Below are positions 8,877-19,891 of a DNA stretch of 64,000 nucleotides, one piece after another. Origin of the DNA: an uncultured virus (IMG/VR IMGVR_UViG_3300037991_003250) (Duplodnaviria > Heunggongvirae > Uroviricota > Caudoviricetes). The notes beneath the pieces are model-generated. The model did no database searches. It was given only the letters and a program-made list of their open reading frames with translations, and was not told the DNA's origin. How positions within the stretch are numbered: position 1 is the stretch's first letter; each line of letters starts with the position of its first letter. Made by a program: the position numbers and the translations under genes. The stretch lies in the IMG/VR virus record IMGVR_UViG_3300037991_003250; one strand, written 5' to 3'.

Positions 8877-9535
8877 TGATTATTTTTTCTTCTGACCCCG
8901 AACCGTTCAGAACGGAAAATTGCATTGAGATGTATGGGGAGATAGACACATTACCAACGACACCAAATATAACCTTTATTTTACACGCAGATAATTTCAC
9001 CGAGAAGAAGGCTAACGAATGGTTGCCGATTATCTCACACCGATTAGTGGTAATCACGGACAAATACCCTAAGTTATCTAAGAATCACGATGAGCGGATC
9101 GCAATTCATCCGAGCCTAAAGAAAAACAACGATGATTATTCACGCAGAATCAAATGGTTATTCGGTTGGACTGATAGACGAAGGGTGTATGAGCAAATCA
9201 AAGATATTCCTATGCCTCTTATGATGGCTTTTGTGAAAGAAAATGTGCATGATATTAACTTGCATCGTCTTTTTGCATCGTCTAATTTTGTTTTAGGTGA
9301 AGACAAGAGTAAATCGATCCTATCATACGGCATAAAACCGACAAACGATAGGATGAAATGGCCTAAGAAGAAGAAGAAAACAGAAGGTGCGCCCGCCCCA
9401 TTCCGTTCTGATGATTTGTATTGGGATAAAATAATTACAAAACAGGTTGCAGTAGCCAATGAAGTTAGAGTGCTTAATAAGGACATACCATCCGTGATTA
9501 AAAAGCGGAAGGAGAGGGAAACTAAATGGCTGTGA
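8876..9535 (+). CDS. Hypothetical protein (possible degenerate clamp-loader subunit)
   Basis: 219 aa in the replication module; ends ...ETKWL. Confidence 0.5.
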   Translation: MIIFSSDPEPFRTENCIEMYGEIDTLPTTPNITFILHADNFTEKKANEWLPIISHRLVVITDKYPKLSKNHDERIAIHPSLKKNNDDYSRRIKWLFGWTDRRRVYEQIKDIPMPLMMAFVKENVHDINLHRLFASSNFVLGEDKSKSILSYGIKPTNDRMKWPKKKKKTEGAPAPFRSDDLYWDKIITKQVAVANEVRVLNKDIPSVIKKRKERETKWL

Positions 9536-9699
9536 GTATTACAACCGTTTTTTTATGTATGTTGTATTTTCCCTTAGCGGCTTTTTTGTATGGTTTATTA
9601 GGTGGCGGTAATTCATCTGTGGTGTATCACCCTACCAAAAATAATTACGATGAATCTATTTCCGAAGGTATGATGTGGTATTCTTTAGGTGATGAGTAA
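9526..9699 (+). CDS. Small membrane protein (57 aa)
   Basis: MAVSITTVFLCMLYFPLAAFLYGLLGG hydrophobic helix; SD GGAG upstream. Confidence 0.5.
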   Translation: MAVSITTVFLCMLYFPLAAFLYGLLGGGNSSVVYHPTKNNYDESISEGMMWYSLGDE

Positions 9700-9735
9700 A
9701 ACTATTGAAATAACCACGACTGACTCTTAAATGTT

Positions 9736-10152
9736 ATGAGCGCGAACAACCGGCGCATACGCCGGATTGTTGTTGATTTGTTGTGGGAACACGGCGAAAG
9801 CACGAAAGAGCGCATGGCTAAACTTTTGGCTAAACACAAATCCGTTAGGAACATACCATCCCCGCATTCTCTTTCGTCTATCTTGAGAAAGAATACGCAG
9901 GTTATCATTGTTGGATCGGAGAAAGTCGAGAATGCCGTTGGTGTGTCGGCTAAACATCTTGTCTATGATATTGACCGATACCTTGTGCGTGAAAAAGAGG
10001 ACTTAATCTATACAAGAAGTCCGACTGTGATGACTCCTAAGCAACGAGAGGCGGCACAGAAATGTTCGTGTGGTAAATTGCGAGTATTTCCGCCGTATTC
10101 ACCCGATATGTGCCTTCATTGTTATAGAAACCCCGAAAACGATTTTGAATAA
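9736..10152 (+). CDS. Winged-helix plus C-terminal Zn ribbon protein
   Basis: LLWEHGESTKERMA...SLSSILRKN; CSC...CLHC. Confidence 0.6.
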   Translation: MSANNRRIRRIVVDLLWEHGESTKERMAKLLAKHKSVRNIPSPHSLSSILRKNTQVIIVGSEKVENAVGVSAKHLVYDIDRYLVREKEDLIYTRSPTVMTPKQREAAQKCSCGKLRVFPPYSPDMCLHCYRNPENDFE

Positions 10153-10178
10153 AGATCACCGCAAAAACAGTTATAAAG
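10151..10178 (+). promoter_or_regulatory. Conserved viral early-type promoter
   Basis: AAAGATCACCGCAAAAACAGTTATAAAG; ATG 28 nt later at 10199. Confidence 0.8.
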
Positions 10179-10198
10179 TATAACTGCGAGGACTATAT

Positions 10199-10429
10199 AT
10201 GAGAGCGAAGACGATACCCCATGTCGAATATGAAATTTTTAACCACCTTTTAGATACGGTGGATATTGAGCCATTACGCCGCCGCTTGTGTCCGGCTGGC
10301 GATACTGTGGCTAAGGAACGATTTGAGAAAGGGTTTGAGTCGGCGGCTAACTTGATTAACAATCTATGTGAGCGAAGACTACACCGATTGCCGGAACAAC
10401 ACCCCGACTACAAGGAGAAGGGCGAATGA
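10199..10429 (+). CDS. Hypothetical protein (leaderless)
   Basis: 76-aa ORF at the promoter-defined start. Confidence 0.65.
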   Translation: MRAKTIPHVEYEIFNHLLDTVDIEPLRRRLCPAGDTVAKERFEKGFESAANLINNLCERRLHRLPEQHPDYKEKGE

Positions 10430-10650
10430 GGCAACACATCATAGACGGATCGACAATGAAGCGAATATGCGGAGATGATACACAGTATGGTTATGTGTCT
10501 GATGAAGAATATAAGACATGGGAAAAATGCCCTGTATGTTTTTCCGAAGGAAGGATAGTATTACCCGCAAGGCGTGTTAAAGCACATACTAATATACCGG
10601 AGAATGAGCCACAGGTTAAGACGGCATTATACTTGAGGTCGGCACTATGA
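10426..10650 (+). CDS. Hypothetical protein with CxxC
   Basis: Coupled ORF containing CPVC. Confidence 0.55.
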   Translation: MRQHIIDGSTMKRICGDDTQYGYVSDEEYKTWEKCPVCFSEGRIVLPARRVKAHTNIPENEPQVKTALYLRSAL

Positions 10651-10726
10651 TACAGATATACAAAGATTGTTTTCCGTTGAGCATCACGCCCGAATCCTTA
10701 ATTATCGGTGTGAGTAAGTTAGTATC

Positions 10727-11095
10727 ATGCGTGATGAATGGGGCGATTTTATGAGCCACTTCATTTCATCCCTTGAGCAATCTTCGGGCCACCATACCCG
10801 ACTCATGGAAATACTAAACGATGAATCGCTAACTATGAGCAGAATCACCAAAGAAGCGATTATACAGGCTATTTCACCCAACCCATCTTATGAGAATGAG
10901 GGGTTGGAAACGATAATCGAAGGACTCGATTTCCAATACTTACAGGGTATGTTATTGGGTCTTGTTATGTCGTTAGACATAGTGCAAATCAAACAAGCAT
11001 TCACAACGCCTATGAGCGCAGAACAGAAAGATCTAATCAATCTCTATACTGCGGTCGAAGCGATATTGATAGAAAAAATTGGGGGAGAATTATGA
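10727..11095 (+). CDS. Hypothetical helical protein
   Basis: 122-aa ORF. Confidence 0.6.
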   Translation: MRDEWGDFMSHFISSLEQSSGHHTRLMEILNDESLTMSRITKEAIIQAISPNPSYENEGLETIIEGLDFQYLQGMLLGLVMSLDIVQIKQAFTTPMSAEQKDLINLYTAVEAILIEKIGGEL

Positions 11096-11107
11096 GGGGG
11101 GTTTGGA

Positions 11108-12088
11108 ATGACCGAAGTATGGTCGCAAAAATATAGGCCGAACAAATTAGAAGATATGGTGGGGCAACATCAGTTATTGAGTGAATTTGATTCACTTTTA
11201 GATGACGACTATAATTCGATTAAACCGAAATATGTAATGCAACACTACTTGTTCTATTCTCCCGAAGCGGGAGTCGGTAAAACTACATTGGCGAGAATCA
11301 TAGCCGAGAAATTGGGAATGCAATTGTTCTCATACAATGCCTCAACAAAGCATGAGCGGGGTATTGACTTCGTGGAGAATGAATTACTCCCTATGAGCAG
11401 GAATGGTAATTATCGCCAAATCTATTTGCTTGACGAAGCGGATCAATTAACTCCTGCCGCACAGTCGGCACTAAAGGGCGTTATAGAAAACGCTCAAGGT
11501 TATTTTATTCTGACCTGTAATGATTTGTCTAAGGTATCTCGTTGGCTACAATCCCGATGCAGGACACTTAGGTTTGAGCCGATACCCGAAGACGAGATGG
11601 TTGAGAGATTATCCTATATCGCGGCACATGAAAATGTTGATGTTAGATTAGCAGACCTGCATACAATTGCTAAGGCTCACAAGGGCGACTTACGCAATTC
11701 GATAAACGCGCTTCAAGCATTCGCGGGTCTTACTCCCCGCGATGGCGACAGATTTTTGCTATCTCTCAAGCCACAAGAAATTGACGCTAATTCTTTTCTC
11801 AAGTCCTGCGTAGCCGAAGGCGACTACGAGAAGGCTATGACCTATATTGGCGACAGACCAATACGACAAACAATAAATTCCATATTTTCTTATGCGGTGA
11901 ATAGCAACGCTAAACCTGCGGCCAAAATGAGAGTCATTGAGGCGGCGGTTCAGTCGGAACGGGATCTGCTTATCGGTGTTGATGAAGACATTGTGAAGCA
12001 TAACTTTGTAGTGATGTGTTGCGATACATCACAGTTATATACCGGAGAAAATGCGGAGAGGATAACCAAACAAGGTGTATTGTTATGA
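11108..12088 (+). CDS. rfcS: Replication factor C small subunit (clamp loader)
   Basis: WSQKYRP, GVGKTT, NAS..RGID, LLDEADQLT..AQSAL, LQSRC, GDLR.SIN.LQ. Confidence 0.93.
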   Translation: MTEVWSQKYRPNKLEDMVGQHQLLSEFDSLLDDDYNSIKPKYVMQHYLFYSPEAGVGKTTLARIIAEKLGMQLFSYNASTKHERGIDFVENELLPMSRNGNYRQIYLLDEADQLTPAAQSALKGVIENAQGYFILTCNDLSKVSRWLQSRCRTLRFEPIPEDEMVERLSYIAAHENVDVRLADLHTIAKAHKGDLRNSINALQAFAGLTPRDGDRFLLSLKPQEIDANSFLKSCVAEGDYEKAMTYIGDRPIRQTINSIFSYAVNSNAKPAAKMRVIEAAVQSERDLLIGVDEDIVKHNFVVMCCDTSQLYTGENAERITKQGVLL

Positions 12089-13266
12089 CCGAAGAAATGT
12101 TAGAGAAAGTAGCGAAGACTGTTGGTGTGTCGCCCGACACACTTAGAGAGAGAGCCGGTGAAGTGTTTGAAGCACAAAGCGCGGCTTGGCTTAACGCAGG
12201 TAAAACAGGAGAAGAAGCATCGGTGCTTGCTCTCCGTGTTGCCGCCCGCCAAATAGCCAATGAACAAGCCAAACTGCGAAGAAGTGGTGCGACCCTATAC
12301 GAAGGAATGTTCGTTCATGTTCCAAAGGCTAAGGAATGGGGTAAAATCCTATACAACAAGATGCAGGGCCAATTGAATAATGCGACAGACGAAGTAAAGA
12401 ATACTTTGATTGACGCTGGCCGCATCGTTTTGTTTGAAGATAACCACGATGGTTCTTTTACCCGATATGCGCGTGAGGATTTCTTCGGCGCATCCGAGTC
12501 CGAAGTATCAGACCTGCCGAGAGGAACGCAAAAGTTAGATGAAAGCACACACTATTACATTGTGTGGGATTCAAACAACCCAACCTTCCCATCCGGCGAT
12601 AAGAATTTCAAGTATGGTGCGGCTCGACCACACGATGAGCGAGAGCGCACTTCACTATTCTTTGGTCGCCCTCAAGGATCGAATGGCGATTGGATGCCTA
12701 TTACCATTAAGGGTAGCGGCAAAGAAGCCGATGTGCAATTCCCGACCTTTACCACAGGAACAATCGGTGTGCGCCCATCAAGAGATGGTATGACCGGCTA
12801 CCTAACGAGAGTATCGGACTTCACGGAAGATGAGAGCCTAACTTCTCTATTCCCTTCCGACCCATTGACTCTAATGCAGGAGTATTTGCCGGAAGACTTC
12901 TTAGTATCTCTTGATTCGTTGGGTGAATACTACGATAACTTCAACGGTAAAGACGGCTGGTGGGATAGGATTTGCTCTCTTGTAGCAGAAGTAATCCACA
13001 TTGACCCGCGAGATAACGGCGGATTTATTCTTGTCTGTTCAGACCCCGATATTACTTCGCTCGCAGAACCGGTTGATGTTTATGTTCCGGCCTCACAATC
13101 ACATTTGGTTGATTTCGCGGTCGGCACTAAGGTTCTATTGACCGGACAGGCATGGCGAACCCGCGAGGGTGATGACCGCATGAGCGTCAATGGTTGGTGG
13201 GCTTTCGATAAGATAGCACCTATTGTTGCATCACCCGATGTTGAAGACGAGGGGTGGGATGCGTGA
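12085..13266 (+). CDS. Single-stranded DNA-binding protein (RPA-like OB folds)
   Basis: Helical N-terminus like archaeal RPA, OB-like C-terminus, acidic tail; replication-module context. Confidence 0.55.
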   Translation: MTEEMLEKVAKTVGVSPDTLRERAGEVFEAQSAAWLNAGKTGEEASVLALRVAARQIANEQAKLRRSGATLYEGMFVHVPKAKEWGKILYNKMQGQLNNATDEVKNTLIDAGRIVLFEDNHDGSFTRYAREDFFGASESEVSDLPRGTQKLDESTHYYIVWDSNNPTFPSGDKNFKYGAARPHDERERTSLFFGRPQGSNGDWMPITIKGSGKEADVQFPTFTTGTIGVRPSRDGMTGYLTRVSDFTEDESLTSLFPSDPLTLMQEYLPEDFLVSLDSLGEYYDNFNGKDGWWDRICSLVAEVIHIDPRDNGGFILVCSDPDITSLAEPVDVYVPASQSHLVDFAVGTKVLLTGQAWRTREGDDRMSVNGWWAFDKIAPIVASPDVEDEGWDA

Positions 13267-14210
13267 GCGGTTGGGGTCAAGCGGCCTCCACCGCCGCACC
13301 TGCTAAGTCCGAAGCGGCTTCTCCTAAGCCTATCTATGGCGAGGACTACTACCGCCAAAGATTCGCTAATGTTCGATCTCAATCTGTGCCTGTGAGAATG
13401 GCTCTCGTTGGTGCGGAAAACACCGTTAAGACGGGTTCGGCATTATCTCTTTGCGACACAACAAAAAAGGTCGTCATTTTTGATATAGACAATTCCGCTA
13501 AAGCGACAATAGATCATGTCTATCCCGATAACGATAATATTATTTGTATTCCGTTGCACGATGAAACCGATGATTCAATCTTCAACGAGGATAACACAGT
13601 AAATTATACTGCGCTTCTCGACAAATTGAATTTTTACATCAACATTCTCGCTGATGATATTAAGGCCAATCCCGATGACTACGATGCAGTAATCCTTGAT
13701 GGCGGCTCAACATATCTAAAGTGGTGCGAACACGCTATGACTGATTGGTTGATGAACCGCTCTAAGAATCCCGTAAATGTGGATGACGGAGAGAAATTCA
13801 ATCAAGCCGAATGGCGAGTTAGAAATAAATTGTTCCGAGATACAATTAGCCGAATCCACAGTCTGCCGGTTGCTAAGGCATTCTTTACCTTCCATCTAAA
13901 GAAGATTCAAGAATATATGGATGACGGCACAGGCAAAAAGGTTCTAATGACCGTTGGTGAAAGACCGGAATGGGATAAGGGAACGATGAGATACTTTTCA
14001 CAACAGATTTTCCTAACTCGATACATGAAGAAGGCAGATCCAGCCGCCGGAGTCAAGGGTGATAAGACTCTTGCAGACGGCCAATGGGTAGTCAAGGGAA
14101 CGGTGGAAGAAATGAAGGGTCAAAACATGGAGTATGTTGGCTCAACCCATACTATTCTATCTGTTAAAGATGGTAATGTTGAATGGAAGGGCTATCCTTT
14201 TGCGTGGTGA
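13263..14210 (+). CDS. AAA_24 / Sak4-like RecA-fold ATPase
   Basis: Variant Walker A GAENTVKT, FDID, Walker B VILDG; adjacent to the SSB gene. Confidence 0.65.
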   Translation: MSGWGQAASTAAPAKSEAASPKPIYGEDYYRQRFANVRSQSVPVRMALVGAENTVKTGSALSLCDTTKKVVIFDIDNSAKATIDHVYPDNDNIICIPLHDETDDSIFNEDNTVNYTALLDKLNFYINILADDIKANPDDYDAVILDGGSTYLKWCEHAMTDWLMNRSKNPVNVDDGEKFNQAEWRVRNKLFRDTISRIHSLPVAKAFFTFHLKKIQEYMDDGTGKKVLMTVGERPEWDKGTMRYFSQQIFLTRYMKKADPAAGVKGDKTLADGQWVVKGTVEEMKGQNMEYVGSTHTILSVKDGNVEWKGYPFAW

Positions 14211-14214
14211 TTAC

Positions 14215-14403
14215 ATGGCTGATTATTTCGTTTGTGCTACTGATAGTGGCTTGAGTATGATTGCTTACGCCGAAGTAGCGGCTATCACCAGCCGAAGTGT
14301 TGGTTCTTCTGTGAGATACGATATTCACATGAAGTCCGGCACTATCTTTACCACATCAGACATAACCCAAAGACTCAAGGAGATGATGGAGAATGCAGAT
14401 TAA
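14215..14403 (+). CDS. Small hypothetical protein
   Basis: SD GGTGA then ATG; 62 aa. Confidence 0.55.
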   Translation: MADYFVCATDSGLSMIAYAEVAAITSRSVGSSVRYDIHMKSGTIFTTSDITQRLKEMMENAD

Positions 14404-15286
14404 AATTGACCGTAATAATTTAGTGCGCCTTCTCAAGAAAACACAACGGCCACAAACCGTTGCGGGCAAAGCCATAGATCAAGTCTATGGTTGTATGTTG
14501 TGCGGTCATTTTTTACATGATTCAATTCACACGGTATCGTTAGTGAAGGATGGCGTTACTTCTGTTGCTACCTTTTGGGAAGTGGCCGATATTGACGAAG
14601 GCGTTGTTTCGATTCCTGTTCCTAACATTAACGATTTGTTGGGTGTATTGTCTATGCACAACACCCCTGTTAATCTAAAATACACAGACGGAAAACTTCG
14701 TATCAAGTCGGGCGGCAAACAGACTACTTTAGCGGTGTCTGAGAATGCTTTAGCATTCCCGCATTCACCGGACTTGTTGAAGGAATGGTATGAGAAGTCT
14801 AAGAGGATAGCCGATAAATTCCATATTGACGGCGGCGATAAACAGACACCTTATCCCCAATACACTAAAAATGATGGTGAGGTTTTAGCACCCGTATATT
14901 CCTCAACCATTTCAGCGAATGTTCTCTATGAGGCATTAAGATGTGATGGGATTAACGGACAGAAGTTAAACAATTATACCTTTAGATTCGCTGAATCCGG
15001 CCTATCTGTTCAAGTCGGCAACGAATTAAAGGGGATGACTGAAAGCGTTATTCTTGATACGAAGTTAGGATCTTTCACACCCGAATACACAACCACCGTT
15101 AATGGCGGTCTTGAAAATGTGTTGAAGCACATGGATGGAGAAATTGTATTATCACTATTTGACTTTAGCGAGGCGGGCATGGGTTATCCTTTGGTGATTA
15201 CTGCTAAGAATGGAAGTAAAGACCATGCTTCACAGGAGTTAATCTATCAAGCGGCTAATTTGGGGGAATTAAATTATGTCCGTTGA
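14393..15286 (+). CDS. DNA sliding clamp (divergent PCNA/beta-clamp fold)
   Basis: MQIKIDRNNLVRLLKK N-terminus like DnaN; two-domain size; lies between RFC and PolB. Confidence 0.6.
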   Translation: MQIKIDRNNLVRLLKKTQRPQTVAGKAIDQVYGCMLCGHFLHDSIHTVSLVKDGVTSVATFWEVADIDEGVVSIPVPNINDLLGVLSMHNTPVNLKYTDGKLRIKSGGKQTTLAVSENALAFPHSPDLLKEWYEKSKRIADKFHIDGGDKQTPYPQYTKNDGEVLAPVYSSTISANVLYEALRCDGINGQKLNNYTFRFAESGLSVQVGNELKGMTESVILDTKLGSFTPEYTTTVNGGLENVLKHMDGEIVLSLFDFSEAGMGYPLVITAKNGSKDHASQELIYQAANLGELNYVR

Positions 15287-15590
15287 GTTAATTAGAATAG
15301 ATGATAATACCGTTAAGGGTATCATAACAGACATTGGATCGGATGAAATCTCATGGATTGACCCCGACACAGAATACGAATACAGGGCGAAGTTGGTTGT
15401 CGCAAAGCGAGAGCAAGACCCGATGTATAGAGATAAGGAGTGGCTTTATCACCATTATGTTGAGAAGGGCTTATCTATGTCCGACATATCAGAAATGTTT
15501 TGGGTATCTCCTATGGCTATATACAAGTGGCTTAAGAAGCACGACATACCTACCCGCCCGCGTGGTGGGGGTAATAGGTTTGATAATTGA
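15276..15590 (+). CDS. HTH protein
   Basis: YRDKEWLYHHYVEKGLSMSDISEMF.VS...IYKWLKKHDIPTR archaeal-virus HTH motif. Confidence 0.75.
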   Translation: MSVELIRIDDNTVKGIITDIGSDEISWIDPDTEYEYRAKLVVAKREQDPMYRDKEWLYHHYVEKGLSMSDISEMFWVSPMAIYKWLKKHDIPTRPRGGGNRFDN

Positions 15591-17821
15591 AAACATAAAC
15601 GGAAGAAATGTTGTCGTTAGGCATAGGGATGAAGACGGGAAAAGAATAACCACTAAATTAAGTGCCTTCCCCTATTGTTTTTTGCGAGAGGAAGATACTA
15701 AACAATTAGATGTATTGATAGACATAGTGGCTATCGAACACGGTTTTACAGGTCTTTACGGCGAAGCACTAAGCAAAGTATCTGTGTATCACCCAAAGGA
15801 TATACGAGCAATTAGAAACAATTTCCAGCACACATGGGAAGCAAACATACCTTTTGTTAATCGTGTGCTTGCAGATCGAATCAACAACGGCGAATCTCCT
15901 ATCAAGAATTACGAACACCGTAAATGGTATCTCGATGCCGAGTGGTGTCCGGCCACAGGAAGATTAAGGGTTATTGTTGTTTATGATTCCTTCACCGGAA
16001 ATGAATATGTGTGGGCGGTTGTTCCGGCGGCTCAACAGACTCAATGGCCTGTAAGTTATACTAAGGAATTAGGCGATTATGAATATGAAATACCCGCTAA
16101 ATTATTCTTGTCCGAGTCGGCCATGCTAAAAGACTTCGTGCAACACATGAAAAAACAAGACCCCGACATAATCACAGGATGGTTCGTTGTCGGTGCAGAC
16201 ATTAAGCAATTTATTACTCGCTTAGATGCTAACGGTATTGATGCTCGCTCGCTATCCCCTATGAATCGGCTACGCTATTCATACAAGGATTGGGCGCAAC
16301 CGATTGTCGGCGTGAATTGTATTGACTTGATGGTTGGATTCTCTAAATTGTGGGAATTGAAGAATGGTAAATTGCCTTCGTATGGGTTAGGTGATGTGGC
16401 GCAAGAAGTCTTAGGTGAAGCGAAGGTCGAATTACCCGATGGGCACGACACATACCATACCGATTTCCCGCTCTATGTGCATTACTGCCGACAAGATGTG
16501 AGGCTTTTGCCCCGCCTCGATGAGAAAGTAAATGCCCTTGATTATTACACGGCATTACAACACTTAGTCCAATGCGATATACGCTCAACACCATTTATCA
16601 CGAAGATGTTTTCTTCATTGGTGTTAGCGGATCCATTGTTCGACAGGAGAATACCAACAAGCCCGCAATTTGAGAAGGTGGATTATGAGGGTGCAGATGT
16701 AATGGAAGTCAATGCTGGTCTGTATGAAGGCGTGGGTATTCTTGATGTGAAGGCCATGTATCACAGTAATGCTTCGATGCACAACATATCGTGGGATTCT
16801 CTCGATGAGAACGGCGTTGATTGCGGCAACGGAACAAAATTCTCAAAAGAAAATAAGGGTCTTTTAATTAGACAGATGGATTACATGACTAATCTTCGCA
16901 ATAAATTCAAGCAATTGATGAAAGATGACCCACAGAATTATTCTCGTTGGGATTGTATGCAATTTGCCTGTAAATCTTTAGTAGCCTCTATGTATGGTGT
17001 GTGTGGTGATTCTAAGTATGGAATGTATCACCCCGAAGTGGCGGCGGCTATCACATTTACATCAAGACAGACGCTATACAAATTAAGAAAGGTTGCAGAA
17101 AAACAAGGGTTAGAAACTATTTACGGACACACAGACAGTATTTTTGTGCGGGGTCAGATTTTTTGCCCGCATGATTCGGGTTATAACGGTAAAATACGCG
17201 AGATAAACGAAATGATGCACCCAATAGAGGTCGAATTTGAAAGATACTGCGACCGTATGATCTTGATGGCTAAGAACCGTTATGCAGGTAATGTATCGTG
17301 GGAGAACGGTCAATGGCTTGACGAACCTAAACTTTATGTTAAGGGTATTGAATTGAAGCAATCAAGGATGCCGGAGATAATGAAGGAGTCAATGAAGACT
17401 GTTCTTCAAGTATTGGGTGGTGCAGAAGAAAGTTATGTATCGTCTTCGTTAATAACTTTGATTGATAATGTATTAACTGATGAAGAACCGATTGAGAATC
17501 TATGTTTGAAGGGCAAACTTGAGCGTGAATTACACGAATACAAGGTGCTATCCGGCTCGTCAGCCGCCGCTAAGTGGGCTAACGAAACCATAGGTAAAAA
17601 TTACCGTAAGGGTTCTTTCTTCTCCGTTGCNNNNNNNNNNGGGTAAATACATAGCATTCGATGACCCCGATGATTTACAAGGCGTAGCCGAAATCGGCAG
17701 GAGAAGGGTAGCCGAGAAATTTATCTTCGATAAGGTATCTCCTTATTATGAGGTATTGGGTTGGGATAAACAACCGTTAGAAAACGCATTGAATGGAGTT
17801 AGTGAAGTAGCATGGATATAG
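15580..17821 (+). CDS. polB: Family B DNA polymerase (spans N gap 17631-17640)
   Basis: Exo motifs LDAE and YCRQDV; pol motifs DVKAMYHS, K...ASMYG, YGHTDS, KNRY; start TTG 15580 inferred. Confidence 0.93.
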
Positions 17822-18861
17822 ATTTGAGATTAGGTAATTGTCTTGATGTATTGAAAACGATGGATGATAATTCCGTTGATTCTATCGTCTGCGACCCGCC
17901 GTATGGTTTGTCGTTCATGGGATCTAAATGGGATTACGATGTGCCGTCTGTTCAGATATGGCGAGAATGTTTGCGTGTGTTGAAGCATGGCGGTCATCTG
18001 TTGGCTTTCTCCGGCACACGAACCTATCACCGAATGGTAGTTAATATCGAAGATGCAGGGTTTGAAGTGAGAGATTGCATTCAATGGCTATATGGAAGTG
18101 GATTCCCAAAGTCATTAAATGTCGGCGGCGGTTGGGGAACGGCTCTCAAGCCCGCCAATGAACCGATTTGTCTTGCTCGTAAGCCATTGATAGGAACGGT
18201 GGCCGAGAATATTCTTGAGTATGGAACAGGGGCTATGAACATAGATGGGTGCAGGGTTGGTGATATAGTGCAGGACACATCGAAAAACGGAAGAAGTGCT
18301 GATAAGCACAAGAATACCGTTTATGAAAGCGGCTTGAAAGAGGATTTTGAAGGAGAAATTACCGTTGGTCGCTGGCCCGCTAATGTGATATTTGACGAAG
18401 AAGCCGCAGAAACATTAGAAGAATCACGGTTTTTTTACTGCGCCAAAGCCAACAAAAAAGAAAGAGAGGCTGGTCTTGACGCATTAGAAACAAAACTATT
18501 CGGACAATCCGGCGGCGCACAGGCGGCGTTAGGCCGTGAGGAAGGCGAATACGACAAGGATTCAGTCGGCCTTAATACTATCAAAAAGCGTAAGAATAAT
18601 CATCCCACAGTAAAGCCTGTTGATCTGATGCGGTATCTTTGCCGCCTAATCACACCGCCCGAAGGCATAGTCCTTGACCCGTTCATGGGTAGCGGCACGA
18701 CAGGCATAGCCGCTTGTCTTGAAGGGTTTAACTTCGTGGGTATCGAATTAAATGAGGATTATTTAGAAATAGCCCGCCATCGAATAGCACATTGGGGTGA
18801 TTATGAAATAACAGAATCAGATACATTGATTCCCCAAAAGCGGATAACGGAATGGTTATAA
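17812..18861 (+). CDS. N6-adenine/N4-cytosine DNA methyltransferase (beta class)
   Basis: DPPY, HPTVKP, DPFMGSGTTG. Confidence 0.92.
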   Translation: MDIDLRLGNCLDVLKTMDDNSVDSIVCDPPYGLSFMGSKWDYDVPSVQIWRECLRVLKHGGHLLAFSGTRTYHRMVVNIEDAGFEVRDCIQWLYGSGFPKSLNVGGGWGTALKPANEPICLARKPLIGTVAENILEYGTGAMNIDGCRVGDIVQDTSKNGRSADKHKNTVYESGLKEDFEGEITVGRWPANVIFDEEAAETLEESRFFYCAKANKKEREAGLDALETKLFGQSGGAQAALGREEGEYDKDSVGLNTIKKRKNNHPTVKPVDLMRYLCRLITPPEGIVLDPFMGSGTTGIAACLEGFNFVGIELNEDYLEIARHRIAHWGDYEITESDTLIPQKRITEWL

Positions 18862-18883
18862 ACCAAAGAAAGGAGATGAATTT

Positions 18884-19735
18884 ATGGAGTCAAGTTATAT
18901 CCCACATACTGCGCCATACTTACGGGTGGCTAAGTCATCATACATGACCTATGTAAAATGCCCCCGTCAGTATTATTGGCGATACTGTGCCGATTTACCA
19001 CGCATACCACCGACTGATGAGATGATTAGAGGAACGGATATTCACACAGTTATGGAAGACGGTTTGCTCGGCGGCGTTGATGCTCTTTGGTCTAAAGCGT
19101 CTGAATTAGGTTATGAGGAAGATGATGGCGTTTTCGCTATGTCTGAATTACTCCACGCAATAGCGACAGATCTCGGCGGATTAGAAGTGGTTGAATGCGA
19201 AGTCAAGCACGAAATCGCAGAAGAATATAACGGGCAAAAAATAATGTGGGTTGCTATCATAGACGGTGTGCTTAGACACCCCGATGGTGGCTTGATTCTT
19301 GTTGAATTGAAGACAGGCAACATGAATACAGGCAAACTCGGCAGGACACGAAAGGAATTGGCCTTCTATCGCAGGGTTCTATCCCTGCACCCCGAATACG
19401 AGAACGAAGAAGTATCGCACTTCCTTTACATTACGCCGGACTACATCGTGCCGGAAGTGTATTCGGCAGACAAATTACTCGATGAGATTAACAAGCGTGG
19501 TAAAACTGTGTGGTTGGGTTCTGAATATGGCGTTGCTATCATGGAACAGGTGTCCTCAAGGACTACAAACGCTTTTGAGAAATCACTAAAAACAACGATA
19601 GAAAAACTCCTTACTGAAGACTACACTATGAAATGGAATGATTACTTCTGCACGACATGGTGCGACTTTCACCTATCGTGCGAAGAAGAAATGCTATTTG
19701 GAGATAAATTATTTGGAGATGAAAACAATGGATGA
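18884..19735 (+). CDS. Cas4-like PD-(D/E)XK nuclease with Fe-S cysteines
   Basis: CPRQY, IDG, VELKTG, C-terminal C...C.....C. Confidence 0.85.
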   Translation: MESSYIPHTAPYLRVAKSSYMTYVKCPRQYYWRYCADLPRIPPTDEMIRGTDIHTVMEDGLLGGVDALWSKASELGYEEDDGVFAMSELLHAIATDLGGLEVVECEVKHEIAEEYNGQKIMWVAIIDGVLRHPDGGLILVELKTGNMNTGKLGRTRKELAFYRRVLSLHPEYENEEVSHFLYITPDYIVPEVYSADKLLDEINKRGKTVWLGSEYGVAIMEQVSSRTTNAFEKSLKTTIEKLLTEDYTMKWNDYFCTTWCDFHLSCEEEMLFGDKLFGDENNG

Positions 19736-19883
19736 TGAAAGAATAACTGTATGTGCTGGTTGTGAAGACGCGGGTGTATGGGTTGATGAGCGCGTTGTGT
19801 ATCGCGTGACCGGAGAAGAAGGATCGATACCCGAACAAATACTGCTTATCACTTGCGAATGCGGCCACGAACAAGAAGCATAG
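19728..19883 (+). CDS. Small Zn-ribbon protein
   Basis: CAGC...CECGH; SD GGAG. Confidence 0.55.
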   Translation: MDDERITVCAGCEDAGVWVDERVVYRVTGEEGSIPEQILLITCECGHEQEA

Positions 19884-19891
19884 GTGGTGAT

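Noticed and set aside
17627..17821. Split or frameshifted PolB
   Set aside because: The frame change coincides with a 10-N scaffold gap, so it is an assembly artefact unless reads show otherwise
18884..19735. Cas4 as evidence of a CRISPR-Cas system
   Set aside because: Solo Cas4-like nuclease in a replication module, with no cas1/cas2 or array; common in archaeal viruses
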